A stretch of 64,000 bases of DNA from Sphaerodactylus townsendi (taxonomy: Eukaryota), in contig NC_059438.1 of the NCBI RefSeq assembly GCF_021028975.2, positions 21,266,001 through 21,330,000 of the forward strand, written 5' to 3'. The notes below the pieces were generated by a model that did not search any database, was not told the DNA's origin, and worked only from the letters and a program-made list of their open reading frames with translations. The position numbers and the translations under genes are program-made. How positions within the stretch are numbered: position 1 is the stretch's first letter; every line of letters starts with the position of its first letter. Of the stretch, positions 1 through 13,069 are shown in pieces.

Positions 1-693
1 TCAAGCATTATCTCTCTGAATCAGGTCTCCATCAGTAGCTAGCACAAGGTCTGAGGGTGGAGATAGCCGCTTCTTGTGGGTAGGTTTCTGCAGCTGGTAA
101 TCAGATGAGCTGCAACATGTGGTAGAATTTTTTCCTTATAACCCTGTGAGGTAAGATAGACCTGAGAATGTGTGACTAACCCAAGCAAGCTTCTCCGGGA
201 GCGTGGGGATTCAAATCTGGATTTCCTATATTATAATCCAGCATTCTAACCACAGCAACTTAATAAAGCCTTGGATTTTTTTTCTTAGCAAGCTTGGAGC
301 AATTCCCAAGGCTTAAAAAAATGACTGAAGTTGGGGGCCTCTTTGATCCCCAACTGGATAAAGTATGCTTTTTAATGTAAGCAAGAGTTAATTAACTTTT
401 TCATGTCCTTTCTCCATAGAAACTCTCATCCTTCACTATGTTTGTTTCCTTATTGCTAATTTTTAAAAAATCCATATCAAAAGAATTGTCAGTTTTAAAA
501 CTTCACTCTCTGTTATGTCTTTGTTGACACAGACATACTGAAAGAGGAGAGAGAGGGGTGGGGCTGGATATTACTAGCATTCTGCATATTCTACTGAGAA
601 AGCTGATTCAAATAATAGGTTTCGTGGAGCTTCCATAGCTGTACCTTTTGTAGATCTTGGAATGATCTCTTTACTACTGGATCCAACAGACTT

Positions 694-711
694 TTCCTTA
701 ACTCCAGGAAC
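694..711 (+). promoter_or_regulatory. U12-type (minor spliceosome) branch point and AC 3' splice site of an E2F4 intron
   Basis: TTCCTTAAC at 694-702, then TCCAGGAAC; AC at 710-711 directly precedes the 44-nt in-frame exon. There is no polypyrimidine tract. E2F family genes are known to carry a U12 intron at this position. Confidence 0.9.
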
Positions 712-3700
712 GTTAGCCTATGTGACCGATGAGGACCTCTGCAAATGCTTTGCAGGTGAGCTGAAGTATCATATCCTAGTTAGGCTTCCCTTCCTCACTA
801 TTTCTTTGTGTGGTTAATTTTCCCATAGTTGGGTGCTGCTTCTGAAAAGACACAGGCAACTTTTGATTCTCCCAGTGAAGTCTGTTCTATTTCTGCTTCC
901 ACGTGCACCTTAAAAGTCCTTTTTTTTTTGCTCTTACAAAGCTCCAGACAAGAAGGGTTGGATCCCACAATTCCCTTTCATGTAGTCCAGACCAAGTCTC
1001 ACTTCACTAATGGAAGTCTTCTCTGTCAAAATTATTTAGCTGGAGGCAGTTGCAGGATCCCGCCTAAACTCTTTTCCCTTGGGCCTTTCCTCACCCCCTG
1101 ACTTGACTAAACTGTGGTTTGCCGATTATTTCTGAAGGCAGACCTTGTGCCTAGCCTGATCTTTCAAACAGTTGCTGTGGTAGCATTTATTCTGTGTCAC
1201 CATCTGCTTATTGGATGGCTAGATTATCTTGGCTGAAATTGGCCATGAGTACTCTCAAACAAAACAAAACAGTCTCCAAATGGAGAGTGTTTTGTTTTGC
1301 TTGATTGTGCTTAGGGCTTCACCTCTCCATTTTTTTGAAATTGACCATGCCCTGTATAAAAAATACAAATGCCCTTGGGCGAAATTCACCTGAGGACCAA
1401 AAGGCGGGATGTTCCAGAAAGCATCATACTGATGATTTACAAGGAATGAGGAGGGGACGGCTTAGGAAAAGATACAGGTGGAGTTCTTTTTTGTAGGATC
1501 GTGAGTTCTGTGGCATCCATGTTCTGTGCTTGGGCTAGCTCCGTCTCATGACCACGTTGTTCTTCTATTTCAGGTGACACACTGCTAGCCATTCGAGCCC
1601 CATCAGGCACTCAGCTCGAGGTTCCTGTTCCTGAGGTGGGTAGAATGGAGTGGGTTCTTGATAGAAAAAAGCCAATTGCTGGGAGTTGCTTACAGCTGGG
1701 AGGCTTGGTGCGCTTTTGCAATTCTGATGCAGTTACTTTAAAACATTAGTGATGCTGATAATAATTTATAGAAAATTATTTATAGCCTGGATTTCTCTCC
1801 AAGGCAAGTCACAACAGTCTCACAAGAAGAACATTTTAGAGGGTAGCCATCATGGTCTGCATTAGAACTTCTGGATTTGAGTCAAGTAGCATCTTAGAGA
1901 CCAATGGGGTTTTCAACAGAAGCTTTTGAGTCAAAACCTTTCATCAGATATAATATACAAGATACGAAGGTCTCTTCATCAGGAAGATGAGAAAATTTAT
2001 CTATTAAACAGCAGCCCACCTTCGCCCATCAGTATAATGCTAAAGCTACCATTATGAAGAACACAGCATGGTGCCCAGCACAGCTGGCAAAATTTCTCCT
2101 TGAAAGGAGAGCAGGAGCAAATGTGCCTGCATAACTGGAGAGTGATGAGCTCTGTTTTGAAGAAGTAGTTCTCATTTGGGGTTAGTGGAAGAAATGGGCT
2201 GGGTGTCTGCAGGCTGAGATTGCTGAAAATAGTGTTTTATCCTTGGCAAACTCCAAGAATGTCCCTATCTGAACTCCAAAATGGGGTGGGGGATCTCTGA
2301 ACCTCTGCGTAGCTTTGTATTAACTATAGGGTGTGATCAGAGTTTGGGATATGCCGTGGCTCAGTGGTCACAGATTCAGTCTCCAGCATCTCCAATTAAA
2401 AAGGACCAGGTACCACGTAATGTGAAAGACCTCCACCTGAGATGCTGGAAAGCTGCTGCCAGTCTGAGCAGACGATACTCACCTTGATGAACCAATGACC
2501 TGACTCAGTATCAGGCAGCTTCACAGGTGTTCACGTGTATCTCAGCAAAATTCCAAAGATGCACTTGTCCTTTTTCTCTTCAGGGCTTGAATGGGCAGAA
2601 GAAATATCAGATCCATCTGAAAAGCACAAGTGGTCCCATCGATGTTCTGCTAGTCAATAAGGATGTGTGGAGCTCCCCTCCGGTGGTACTTCCTGTCCCT
2701 CCCCCAGAAGACCTTATCCAGTGCCAGTCAGTCACTTCTTCCAAGCCCCATTCCCAAGAGGCATCCCTCCCTAGTGGTGCCCTCCCTTCCGTACCTGGGC
2801 CCAACAGCATTCAGGACCAGAGCCCTGCTCCTCAGAAAACTCTCAGCGCCACAGGTGAGTGTGAGGTGCAGGTGGAGAGTAGTTTTGTGGGGGTAGGAGG
2901 GGGATCTTTATTCTGAGCAATGTGGAATCGGCTCCTCAAGCTTCTGGAGTTATCCCTTCTTTAGAAAAAAAATTAAGTAGAGCTCTCAGTGTTTTTGTCT
3001 TTTACTTTTACTGCTTTTACTTGAGAGCCAGCATGGTGTAGTGGTTAAGAGCAGGTGCACTCTAATATGGAGAACCGGGTTTGATTCCACACTCTGCCAC
3101 TTGAGCTGTGCAGGCTTATCTGGTGAACCGGATTAACTTGTGCACTCCACCACATGTCTTCTGGGTGACCTTGGGCTAGTCGTCACAGTTCTTCACAGGT
3201 CTCTCATCCCTACCCACCTCACAGGGTTTGTTGTGGGGAGGGGAATATCAATCCAACTCCTCTTCTTCCACCTCACAGCACCTCTTTCCTCACTAACAGT
3301 CCTGCCCAGTTATTTTCAATTGTGCCAGTCATGCTGAGCAGCAGGCCACATCACCCCACGCTCAGCTCTGGAGGCCAGGGGGGCATGTCAGATGCCTGGG
3401 ATCTGTTGCAGGCCTCTTCAGTGGCATTCTTAGTGGATGTTGCCTGCTGTCTCAGTGACTGGGCACGGAGGGCAACAATTCAGTCTCTTTAGGCCTAGTG
3501 CCTTGAGATTTGCTTGCCCGCCTTGACATTCTGAATGGCTGCTCTTACCTGCTTCTTGAGGGAGGCTTTGCTTTCACAGTACAACAGGAAAGTGGCAGGT
3601 TTGCCCCGGGCAAATATTTGTTTTGCATTGTAGGCCTTGCGAGCTCTCTCAAGGATTAAATTGCAGTTTCCCATTCTTAGTTCTTGGAATGCGGTCTGCA

Positions 3701-6700
3701 ATCCACTGCTTGCCTTTGTCTGCATCAAACCCAAAATGAGCCTCTCTGCTGAGTGTTTTAAGACTGGTTTTCGTCCTGGCATCCTCCGCCACTCCATACA
3801 CCAGACTCTAATTTTAAAAAGTGTAACACTAATACTTTGCAAACATACAAGCTCAGGGGGCAGTGAAGAGGAATAAACACTGTACAAATTCCCTCAATGT
3901 GCATAGAGGTATCCCCCTCTAATATTGTACTGGCGTGAAGGGTTGAATGGCCTGCTTTTCATGATGGTAATGAAAGAACAGCCACTTTCCTGCTAGATCT
4001 GTTGATAATTTTGATAATATATGATATGTAATTTATGCAATTTATGGTTCCTTAATTAGTGGGGATTGATTGTTTTTAGCTGATTTTAAATGTTAGATAT
4101 ATTATTGTTGGACACCGCTCTGAGCCCCTTGGAGGAGGGTGGCATAAAAATTAATTAATTAATTATACAAAGAGGCCTTATTCTAGCTTGGGTGGTCAAC
4201 CTGTGTCTGGGCTGTATCCCTTGAAAAGACTGCAGGTTAGGTGCTCCCATAATGCAGTGCTCCAGGGAGGTGGGGAGCAGGAAGGGTTTTTCCACCTGGT
4301 CTCTTTCCTTGCATATGAGTTTTTGACAGAGGTGCTTTCTTTGTGCCTGTAGTCAGTGTGGTGTGGAAGCCATGACATACTGTGGAACTAAAGTTCTTTT
4401 TAACCTCAAACAGACAGCGGAATCTCAACAGCGGAATCCAGAGGCAGCCGGGAGTTGGACTCGCTCACCCCTTCAACGGCACCCACCAGCCCTCCTGCCA
4501 AGCTGGACACGCAGCCCCTTCAGCCTTCCGCCTTGCTGGACAGCAGCTCCATCCTGTCCAGTCCCTCGTCCTCCTTTGAACCAATCAAACCAGACCCCAC
4601 AGAAAGTGAGTCTCTCTTGTTGGGGCTTTTGGAGAGGTGTATGGGTAGAGTTGCCATTCTCCAGGTGGGTCATCCATAAGAAAAAAAAGGGTAGGTACCC
4701 CTGAAAGTTATCAAAAAATAAATATTCTGTGCCTTTATGGCTCTAGTACTGTAAAATAGTTTCCTTAAATAATACTTGATAAACACACAGGTATTCCTAC
4801 CTTTATAATGACACTTTTACTACAGAAATAATATTTATCCCCTTAGAATGATATAATTCAAACAAAAAAAACTCTCTTTACAAGGAAATAAGATAAGTAT
4901 GCAATATATAAGGGGCTAGCTAATCCCCGGGTTAGGTTATTCCCTGTGAACTGCTTCTATGGCCCCATCTGTAGAAACATAAGCACAAAATATCCTAATG
5001 AGAAATCACATTATTCATTATAAAATAGTAAATGACTACTGGACATACATTATTGTACTCGCAAACATAAAGACCTTAAATTCTTAATGATTCTTAATGA
5101 TTAACACAAAAAGATTTGTTTCTTTTTTCAATTTGGTGCCTCTCCTACAAAATAAAACATAAAATTCAATTGCATACGATAACTTTATGATAAACACATA
5201 CATTAAACAAGACCAATACTAATCTCTAAACAATGTGAACGCAAACCTGTTAGGGACTATTGTACTTCTCAATTTGCACTTCTCAAACCTAACAGCCTAT
5301 TTCTTCTTTCAGTACTGGAGCTTCCCAAAGAGCTTTCAGAGATGTTGGATCCTATGAGAGGTATGTTGCAGAACCAATTTTTGCCCCGTTTTCCCCAGAA
5401 AGCATGAAAAACCTCATGCCTACTTGGATTCTTCGTTGCTCGGTCCTTTGGTGGTGGTGGGGGGAAATACCATGTGCGCAGAGGCTCTAGGGCAGTGGTT
5501 CTCAACCCTCCTAATGCCGCGGCCCTTTAATAGTTCCTCCTGTTGTGGTGACCCCCAACCATAAAATTATTTGTATCTCAGTTCCTAAGACGATTGGAAA
5601 TATGTGTTTTCCGATGGTCTTAAGCAACCCCTGTGAAAGGGTCGTTGGACCCCCAAAGGGGTCGCAACCACAGGTTGAGAACCGCTGCACTAAGGCAAGC
5701 CTGAGCCCCTGCTCTTGCCTTAACCCTAACTTATTATTTTTATTGAATATATTCAGTCATAAATTGTTCCCAAAATTGTAGCAAAAACCCAAACCCTAAA
5801 ATTGACCATAGCGCTATTGTTGGACTGCGCCCTAGAACTCAACGTAACACTAGGGATTGCTGTTCAAACCAAAGCCTTAACAATGTGATGCTTTGGGGAG
5901 AGCCTTGCACCCGAGCGGCCTCTGCTGGATACTTGTGGATTACCAGCCAGCTCAGTCACTGTCCCTTCTTAACATAACTGCAATTCTGTGTAGTTTGCTT
6001 AGCAAGACTTGATGTACTGCAGGTGTGATTCATTCCTACATGCAATTTGGAACACTTTCCTTCAGTTTTTATTAAATAAACTGCAAATACAGCACATCAG
6101 CCAGCTTCATACATACAAATAAATAACTATTGTATAATGTGCTAGTTTCATGTAAAAAAACCCCTTACTAATGGTTCTAGATCTAGTGTTAAACAACATA
6201 GCTGCAGTCCCTATCCTCTGTGTGCGCGCGTATGTATATATTTCAGTTGATAAAGGATTACTTAAATATGGAACCCAATGTTGAACCTTAAGTGCTGTCA
6301 AGGTGCGGCTGAGTTAGGTGACCCCCCTGCTGGTTTTCAAGGCAAGAGACATTCAGAGGTAGTTTGCCATTACCTGCCTCTGTGTAGAAGCCCAGGTCTT
6401 CCTTGGTACTCTTCCCTTCTGAACCAAAATGAGGTCTTGGGCTAGTGAGGGCTGTTCAGGCTGCTATGTTACAACTAAGGTTTAAATAGATCTGATTTCA
6501 AAAATGCCAAAGAGTCCCCTTCCAGTTGATATTATAAATCCATACAGGATTACTTAAATATTAAAGTCATAAGTCATTTTATCTACAGTCAGCGACCAGT
6601 AGTACAAGATCAGGGTACATCAGTTTCAAGGTACCGTTACCATAGTGTATATATATAGACAAAAGAGTACTAGAAGCACTATTCAAATGTTACATAATCT

Positions 6701-8992
6701 ATAATCTATAACAAGAGTACTAAAAGCACTATACGAAATATTACATAGTCTATGGTATTTACAAGGAGGAATATTTGCGACACTAATATAATTATTATTG
6801 TACTTATACACAGTCGGTGACTGTTTACTAAATTGTCAACTTGCAAAAAATATTAAAGTTTATATTGCAATAACTAAAGATTAATAATAAACCTTAGTTA
6901 TTGCTATGTAAGGTTTAGTGTGCTGGAAGAGAGTTGTTGGCTTTTTTGAACTTGGATCACCTGGAATGAACTGTGGTCTCCTCCCTACTGAAAATAAAAC
7001 TGGCAGGACAAGAGGCTCATTAGAACTGTTCTGTTCACCTTTCACACACTTGCAGCTGCTGGAAGTTAGCAATGTCAGGGAAGGAATCAGCTGTCCAAGA
7101 AGTGTCTGTAACTGCAGTGACCGGCTATTTATGACTGCTATTGCCTGCATTTGCTACTCTCCAAATCCTTGCTTGTGGTTAAAATGAATGTCAGTGAGTT
7201 GTAGTGGTTAAGAGTCTTAGCCAAGTACCTGGGAGGACTCCGGTTCATATCCCTATTTGTGCCACGGAAGCTTGTTGAGTGATCTGGGTTCAAGGGGAAG
7301 GAAAAGAGATTCCACCTAAACATCAGGAAAGACTTCCTGACAGTAAGGGCTGTTTGACAGTGGAATGCACCACCTTGGAGTGTGGTGGAGTCTCCTCCTT
7401 TGGAAGTTTTTAAAGAGAGGCTGGATGGCCATCTGTCAGGAATGCTTTGATTGCGCGTTCCAGCATTGCAGGGGGTTGGACTTGATGGTCCTTGGGGTCT
7501 CTTCCAACTCTTTGATTCTATGTTCTTGGGCCAGTTGTACTCTCTCAGCCTAGCCTACCTCACAGGGTTGTTGTGAGGATGAAATAGTGCTAGTGAGAAT
7601 GATACAAGTCCTTTTGCTTTCCTGTTAAATATAAAGGCGGGATATGAATGAATTAAATAAAACATAAATAAATGGGCTTAGGTGAGGATGGGAAGCACGG
7701 GGCAGAGTCAAGGGGAAGAGAGAAAGCAAGAGTTCAAGCTGTTGATAAAGAGTTCTTTTTTTTCCTTTTTTCTTTCTTTTTTCTTCCTTTCTTCCTTTAT
7801 TTTTAACGAGTATGTACTTATGAATGAATTGATGTAAACTAACAGCTCTGGCTTTTTCTTTTATGTACATGCTAATTTTTAATAAAAAGTTTAAAAATGT
7901 TTAAAAAGAGTTCAAGCTGGGGAGCAGATGGCAGAGTACAGAAGCGTAACCAACTATCATTGGCTTGATTATTAATGTCCAACGGGCACTTTTGCCTTTT
8001 TCTTTTTGCCTCTTTGCCTCTGCTCTCCCTTACACTCAAACACTAAGCTGTTGTGATGGGGAAGGTATGGGATGTCACTTTTATTCGCCATCAATAGATG
8101 TTAAGTTTAGAATTCCTGTCGGTTTTGTATCGTTTCACTGTATTATCTGTTTTAAACGTTGCACGCTGCCCAGAGCTCGACTGTGGTTAGGAGCAGGCGA
8201 AATTCATTAAAATAAATAAAACACTTCTCTTTCTCCCACACAGAATGCATGAATTCTGAGCTGCTCGAAGAGCTGATGTCCTCTGAAGGTAAGGCTGAAG
8301 CCAGGGATCCTCCACTGTCTTGAACCGGTGGGCCCCACCACATAATGCAGGGCAAATGGCTGCATATGGGGAGATTCCAAGCCATGGGGCTTCTGATGAT
8401 CGAGGCAGGTGTCTCTGAGTGGGTGCTCCCTGCAGACCCAAAGGGCAGGTCTCCTAGATTCTTCTGATGCGCCTATTCCAATGAGGTAGAGGCAAGCTAG
8501 GACTGAAGAAGCAGGCGTGTACCACAGAACACACTGGCAGCAGTGGCGTGGTGATTAAGAGCAGGTGTACTCTAATCTGGAGGAACCGGGTTGGATTCCC
8601 CACTCCTCCACCTGAGTGGCGGAGGCTTATCTGGTGAGCTCTCTCAGCCCCACCTACCTCACAGGGTGCTTGTTGTGAGGGGGGAAGGGAAAAGAGTTTG
8701 TAAGCTCCTTTGAGTCTCCTGTAGGAGAGAAAGAGAGGATATAAACCCAACTCTTCTTCTTCTTCTTCAGGCCATGTGGGTCCCTGTGGATGGGGGCCAC
8801 ACTGGGGATCACAGCTTTAGGCATTGCCTGACATGCTGTGGTGCCCCAGCCCTCTAACTGCTTTTTCTCTGGACAGTGTTCGCTCCCTTGCTGCGCCTCT
8901 CCCCGCCTCCCGGAGACCACGACTACATCTACAACCTGGATGAGAGCGAAGGGGTGTGCGACCTGTTCGATGTGCCGATCCTCAATCTCTGA
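712..8992 (+). CDS. E2F4: Transcription factor E2F4, 3' portion (5' exons lie upstream of the window)
   Basis: Coding exons 712-755, 1574-1635, 2584-2854, 4414-4605, 5313-5360, 8244-8288, 8877-8992 (TGA). They splice in frame to [49 protein letters not shown]...[67 protein letters not shown], i.e. the marked box and the C-terminal pocket-protein-binding motif of E2F4. All internal introns are GT-AG; the intron ending at 711 ends in AC. Confidence 0.97.
3023..3269 (+). mobile_element. tRNA-derived CORE-SINE (Squam3-like)
   Basis: A box TGGTGTAGTGG, B box GGTTTGATTCC, CORE CTGGGTGACCTTGGGCTAGTCAC, (CTT)n tail. Confidence 0.85.
5493..5687. mobile_element. SPIN/URR1-type non-autonomous hAT MITE
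   Basis: TIRs CAGTGGTTCTCAACC...GGTTGAGAACCGCTG; degenerate 8-bp TSD (CTCTAGGG/CACTAAGG). Internal CCTAATGCCGCGGCCCTTTAATAGTTCCTCCTGTTGTGGTGACCCCCAACCATAAAATTATTT matches the SPIN/URR1 subterminal sequence as I recall it. Confidence 0.85.
7290..7525 (+). mobile_element. CR1 LINE 3' end, inserted into an older SINE
   Basis: Typical CR1 terminus ...GGTTGGACTTGATGGTCCTTGGGGTCTCTTCCAACTCTTTGATTCTATG; SINE halves at ~7190-7290 and ~7526-7670. Confidence 0.85.
8537..8768 (+). mobile_element. Squam3-like SINE with internal deletion
   Basis: Same head and (CTT)n tail as the other copies. Confidence 0.85.
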
Positions 8993-10964
8993 CTCTTGGC
9001 ATACCATCTGGATGGACTTCGGGATGCACGGATGCATAGATTTTTTTAATTAAAAAAAACTGTCTTTGGGGGCAGGGGAAGCCCCTCCATGGTTTTGGGA
9101 TTCCTTTTTTGCTAGTTGCTTGAGTGACTCACCTGAACTGCTGCAGTTTGGACATGAGACTGAGAGGACGGACTTGCTTCCAGGCTTGGCAGCCTCCTTA
9201 TTTGGGGCTTCTTCCTTTCCCGAGTTGCACAGGCTGCGTCTCCGATTTTTACCTCGCTCCGTTTTTGCCGGCCTTTCCCTGGATCCCGGGCCTCCATCCC
9301 AGGTGTACTTGCCATTGAATCTTCTTGTCCAGCTGAAGACCTTTCTCAGGTCCAGATCCTGCTTTTGGCTTCCCTGCAGTTTTGGAGTCACTTTGTCTTA
9401 GGAACCCGAAGGGTGATCCACAGCCTGCTGTCTTTGGGAGAGCAGAGGATTGGCCTGTCTCGTATCTTGGCCTTGTTGTTAACATGACTGTGTTTCTTTT
9501 GGCAACTACTTTTTTTGTGTGCAGAGGTGAGTGGGAGGGAAACTGAAGCCACAGGGCTCGTGGCAACCTTACTTTGCATCGGTTTTGTTGTAGGACAGGC
9601 GTGTAGAAACTGCATTTTGTGGGTTCAGCCCCCTTCTTTTGAGGCACAGTGTGACGTGAGAGGGTCTTCTTCCTTTAGCTGCATAGGTGAGCAAAAAAGG
9701 GGGTTCCAACTTTGCACAGTCACTTTCCTCCAAAGAGATGTAATTGAGAAACGGATTGCTCCGGACTGCGGCCGTGGTGTATTTGGCAAGAAGACACTTC
9801 TTTGGGACTTTCCCGTAAAAAGCTGCAAGTTGTGCTCTATAATAGAAGCTGCTGGTGATAATCCATAACTTTCCTCGTCACCCTGAGGGCAATATTCAGA
9901 TGCTGGAAGTGGGCTGCAGAAGCTCAGTGGCATTTTCTGCTGCAAAAAGGCTGCATACATGTGCAAAAGTATTCGCTCACCACACTCCAGGAGGTGCTGG
10001 GTTGCAATGCCTGTCTTGGGGTTCTCCACCTTCTAATGACAGATGTTTAGGGTTTTACCCCCTGGCTGATCATCTGAAGGGGAGGTGAGAAATCTCCCTT
10101 TTGCACTTCTGGAAGTCTTTCCCGTGGGCAGCTGAACCGACACTTGTTTTCTGCTCTGTACTCTTAACCTGAAACAATCACTTAAAACTCTCCATTCTCT
10201 GCAGCGGGAGAAAGCTTTCCCGCCAAGGAGAGTTGCAACAGCTAACGATCTCCCCCAAACCTTGCTGTGTGGAGTGAAGTCTGATTTCAGCTGTCTGTGT
10301 AGGGCTGCAGATGAGTGCAGATCTAGGCTATTCCCAGAATCAGGGAGTGCTTTTTGGTCGAGGAGAAGTGCTGGCCCTTTGTTTCAAATTTACCACAATC
10401 CTCTGCTGAGTTGCTCATCTCAAAATGTGTTGCAGCCGTGGGCTTAGACCGAAGTAACTCTGTGAAGGATTGCACTGCTAGTCCTGTTTGCTAGAGCGGA
10501 TGAACTACAACTACATGTCTACATCTTTCACAGGGAAGGCGTACTGTTTGCTATACATACCCCTCCAGAATAGAAGCTCGCTTCTGTTTCTAGAGGCTTA
10601 GAGCCTTGTGAAATACCTGCTTGGTTTTTTTGTGCTCGAGTGTTCCAGATTTTTCTGAGTGTGTCTCTCTTCTCCCTTATCCTATGCCTTTAGGAAGCTA
10701 GCTGGCTTCCCTCCCTCCTTGTTCACATGGATACCTTGACCTCTGTTTTCAATGGAGTATCTGATAGCTGTCCCCTCCACCCACCCTTGCTTATATGTGC
10801 TGTCAATCTCTGTCATATGACGTCTGGGAAAGAAGATACCTAGAGAGATGTACAATGGGAAAAATGAATTTTGATTCCTATATAAAGATTATTTTTATAC
10901 TTTTTTGCAGCAAAAACAAAAATTCAGCTGTAATATTTGTACAGTGAGTTTTTTTGAATGAATG

Positions 10965-10970
10965 AATAAA
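10965..10970 (+). terminator. Probable E2F4 poly(A) signal (3' UTR about 8993-10990)
   Basis: AATAAA at the end of a ~2 kb repeat-free stretch with U-rich and TGTA elements upstream; transposon-rich sequence resumes just downstream. Confidence 0.65.
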
Positions 10971-11181
10971 CAGATCCTTTACAAGGGTGCCTCACATCGG
11001 GACAAGCCATTACTCTTGCTCTGTACTGATATTACAGGAGTCCAAAGCAGATTACAACATTCTCCCCTTTCCATTTTATCCTTACAACAATCCTGCAAGG
11101 TAGGTTATGCTGAAAGCATGTGTCAAAGCTGAATTAAGAGAACAGCCGTGAACCTCATTAGGGAGCAGTGGCTAGAAAGGA

Positions 11182-11442
11182 GAAGGGTTTGGATGTATGC
11201 CCTGCTTTTCTCAACCATAAGGAGTCTCAAAGTGGCTTACAAATTCCTTCCCTTCCTTTCCCCACAACAGACACCTTGTGGGGTAGGTGGGGCTGAGAGA
11301 ATCCACAGAGAATTGTGATTAGCCCAAGGTCACCCAGCAGGCTTCATGCGCAAGAGTGGGGAGTCCGCACCTGAGGTGGAGAAATGGGGGAATCAAACCT
11401 GGTTCTCCAGATCAGAGTCCACAACTCTGTACCACGCTGGCT
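11182..11442 (-). mobile_element. Squam3-like SINE
   Basis: Reverse-complement copy. Confidence 0.8.
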
Positions 11443-13069
11443 GTTAGTTTGGGACCTTAGTTTAAAGGAGCATAATCTGGGACCTGTAATCAATGAGTTG
11501 GCTCTAGCATTGGATTTCTGCTAAAGAAGGTAACCTACCCTGTGAAAAACCTCAGTCCAGGGGCCCTGCGGAGTTGCTGCCAATCTGGGAAGACAGTAGC
11601 GGCTTTGATGGACTAAGGGTCTAATTCAGGGTAAGGCATTTTCATGTGTTCACTTGGAGTATATCCAGCTGCAGCTGGAGGTGAGAATCCCTTTCCATGG
11701 ACACATGAAGCCAGCTAGGTGGCCTTGGACCAGTCACAGCCCTCTCAAAATTCTCTTAGCCCATTTGGAGGCAGGCAGTGGCAAACCACCTCCGTACATC
11801 TTTTGCCTTGAAAGCACTACTGAAGTGTCATAAGTCAGCTGTGACTAGTCCTGGGTAAAGTAATAAACTGGCTTGGTTTACGCTACCTGTACAGGAAAGC
11901 CCGTTGTACTTTCCAAGTTTGTTTACAAGTGGTTTACAATTGGTACTTTCCAAGCTGGTTTACAACTGACTATCCACTGCTTCATAAAATATGTTTGCTT
12001 GTAGGCACAGGTGAGTTCTGAAGGCACAGGTGAGTTTAAAAATAATAAATAGGAGGCTCTGTTCACTACTGACTCCCATTTATGACAAGTTGGAGGGCAT
12101 CAAGTTGATACAGCAGACATGTACTATCGATGTTGGGGAGAAGATCTGCGAGGTCCTCATGTGGAGATCTGAGGCTAACGTGCCTTTCTGGTTAGTTTCT
12201 CCCTTCTATAGCAGTAGGAAGAAGATATTTTGGGTATAGATTACAGTGGCTGAAATCATGCAATGTCCTGATATAGCTGGCTGTTGTGGTTGGCTGTTTC
12301 AGGGTATACAGTGGTCCTGCCCCTACCATCTTCCCCCAACCAATGCTCAGCTTCTTTAAGCATTTAGTACTTGTAGGGCAACCAGGGGTCTCAATCCCTA
12401 CTGGGCAGTTTGGGGCTTGCTTTCTTGGTACATTTTAAGAGCTCCTCTCCATACTTTTTGGTACACTTGTGGGAATCCTCTAAGCACACAGGAAATCTTA
12501 TCTTAGATATGAAAGGAGGCTAGCTGGTACTGCTAGGCTGAGGGATGAGATTCTTTCCTCTTTTCTTACAATGGTGAGGTGGAGGGTGTGTTTACTGTGT
12601 GCAAGTCAGGTGGAAAAACCCAATCTGCTCACCTTCCCAAGCAAAGGTTATGCAGACAGGTGTGTGTGTATATATATATAATGAAAACAGGAGGAACTGT
12701 AGTTAGTGGAACTGCTCAAGATCATAAATACAATCGTCACCAACAAACTGGAATTATTGTGACCATATTACAAACCTGTTTTATTGCCAGAACGATATGG
12801 GTTTCAGTTTCCTTCTCCAGATCACCCAGCGAGGCTGGGGAGTCAATCCTCCCTCTACCTGACCACCTCCTGGTATTCTGACCACTACCGTCCCTCACTT
12901 ATACGTGTCCCTGGGGATTGCAACGATTCCCTCCATTCCGAACATGCTGGCTCTGCTGGCAGCCTCCATCCTCACGCCCTTTCCCTTGAATTTGGAAGGC
13001 TGCCGGGCCCTGGGCCAGAAGGACGAAAAATTGCGCACCCGTTAGTCCCTGCTGGGTGTGGTTGGGAAA

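Noticed and set aside
1836-1950. Additional hammerhead-like core on the minus strand (CTGATGAAAGG...CAAAAGCTT)
   Set aside because: The GAAA core is mutated and stem II is broken; a dead Penelope relic.
3023-3100. tRNA-like A/B boxes here and in many other copies
   Set aside because: All continue into the CORE-SINE body; none forms a standalone tRNA gene.
3495-3887. 130-aa antisense ORF with a good donor-like site (CAG|GTAAGA at ~3549) in an E2F4 intron
   Set aside because: No recognisable protein and no partner exons; it may be non-coding regulatory DNA, but I cannot support that from sequence alone.
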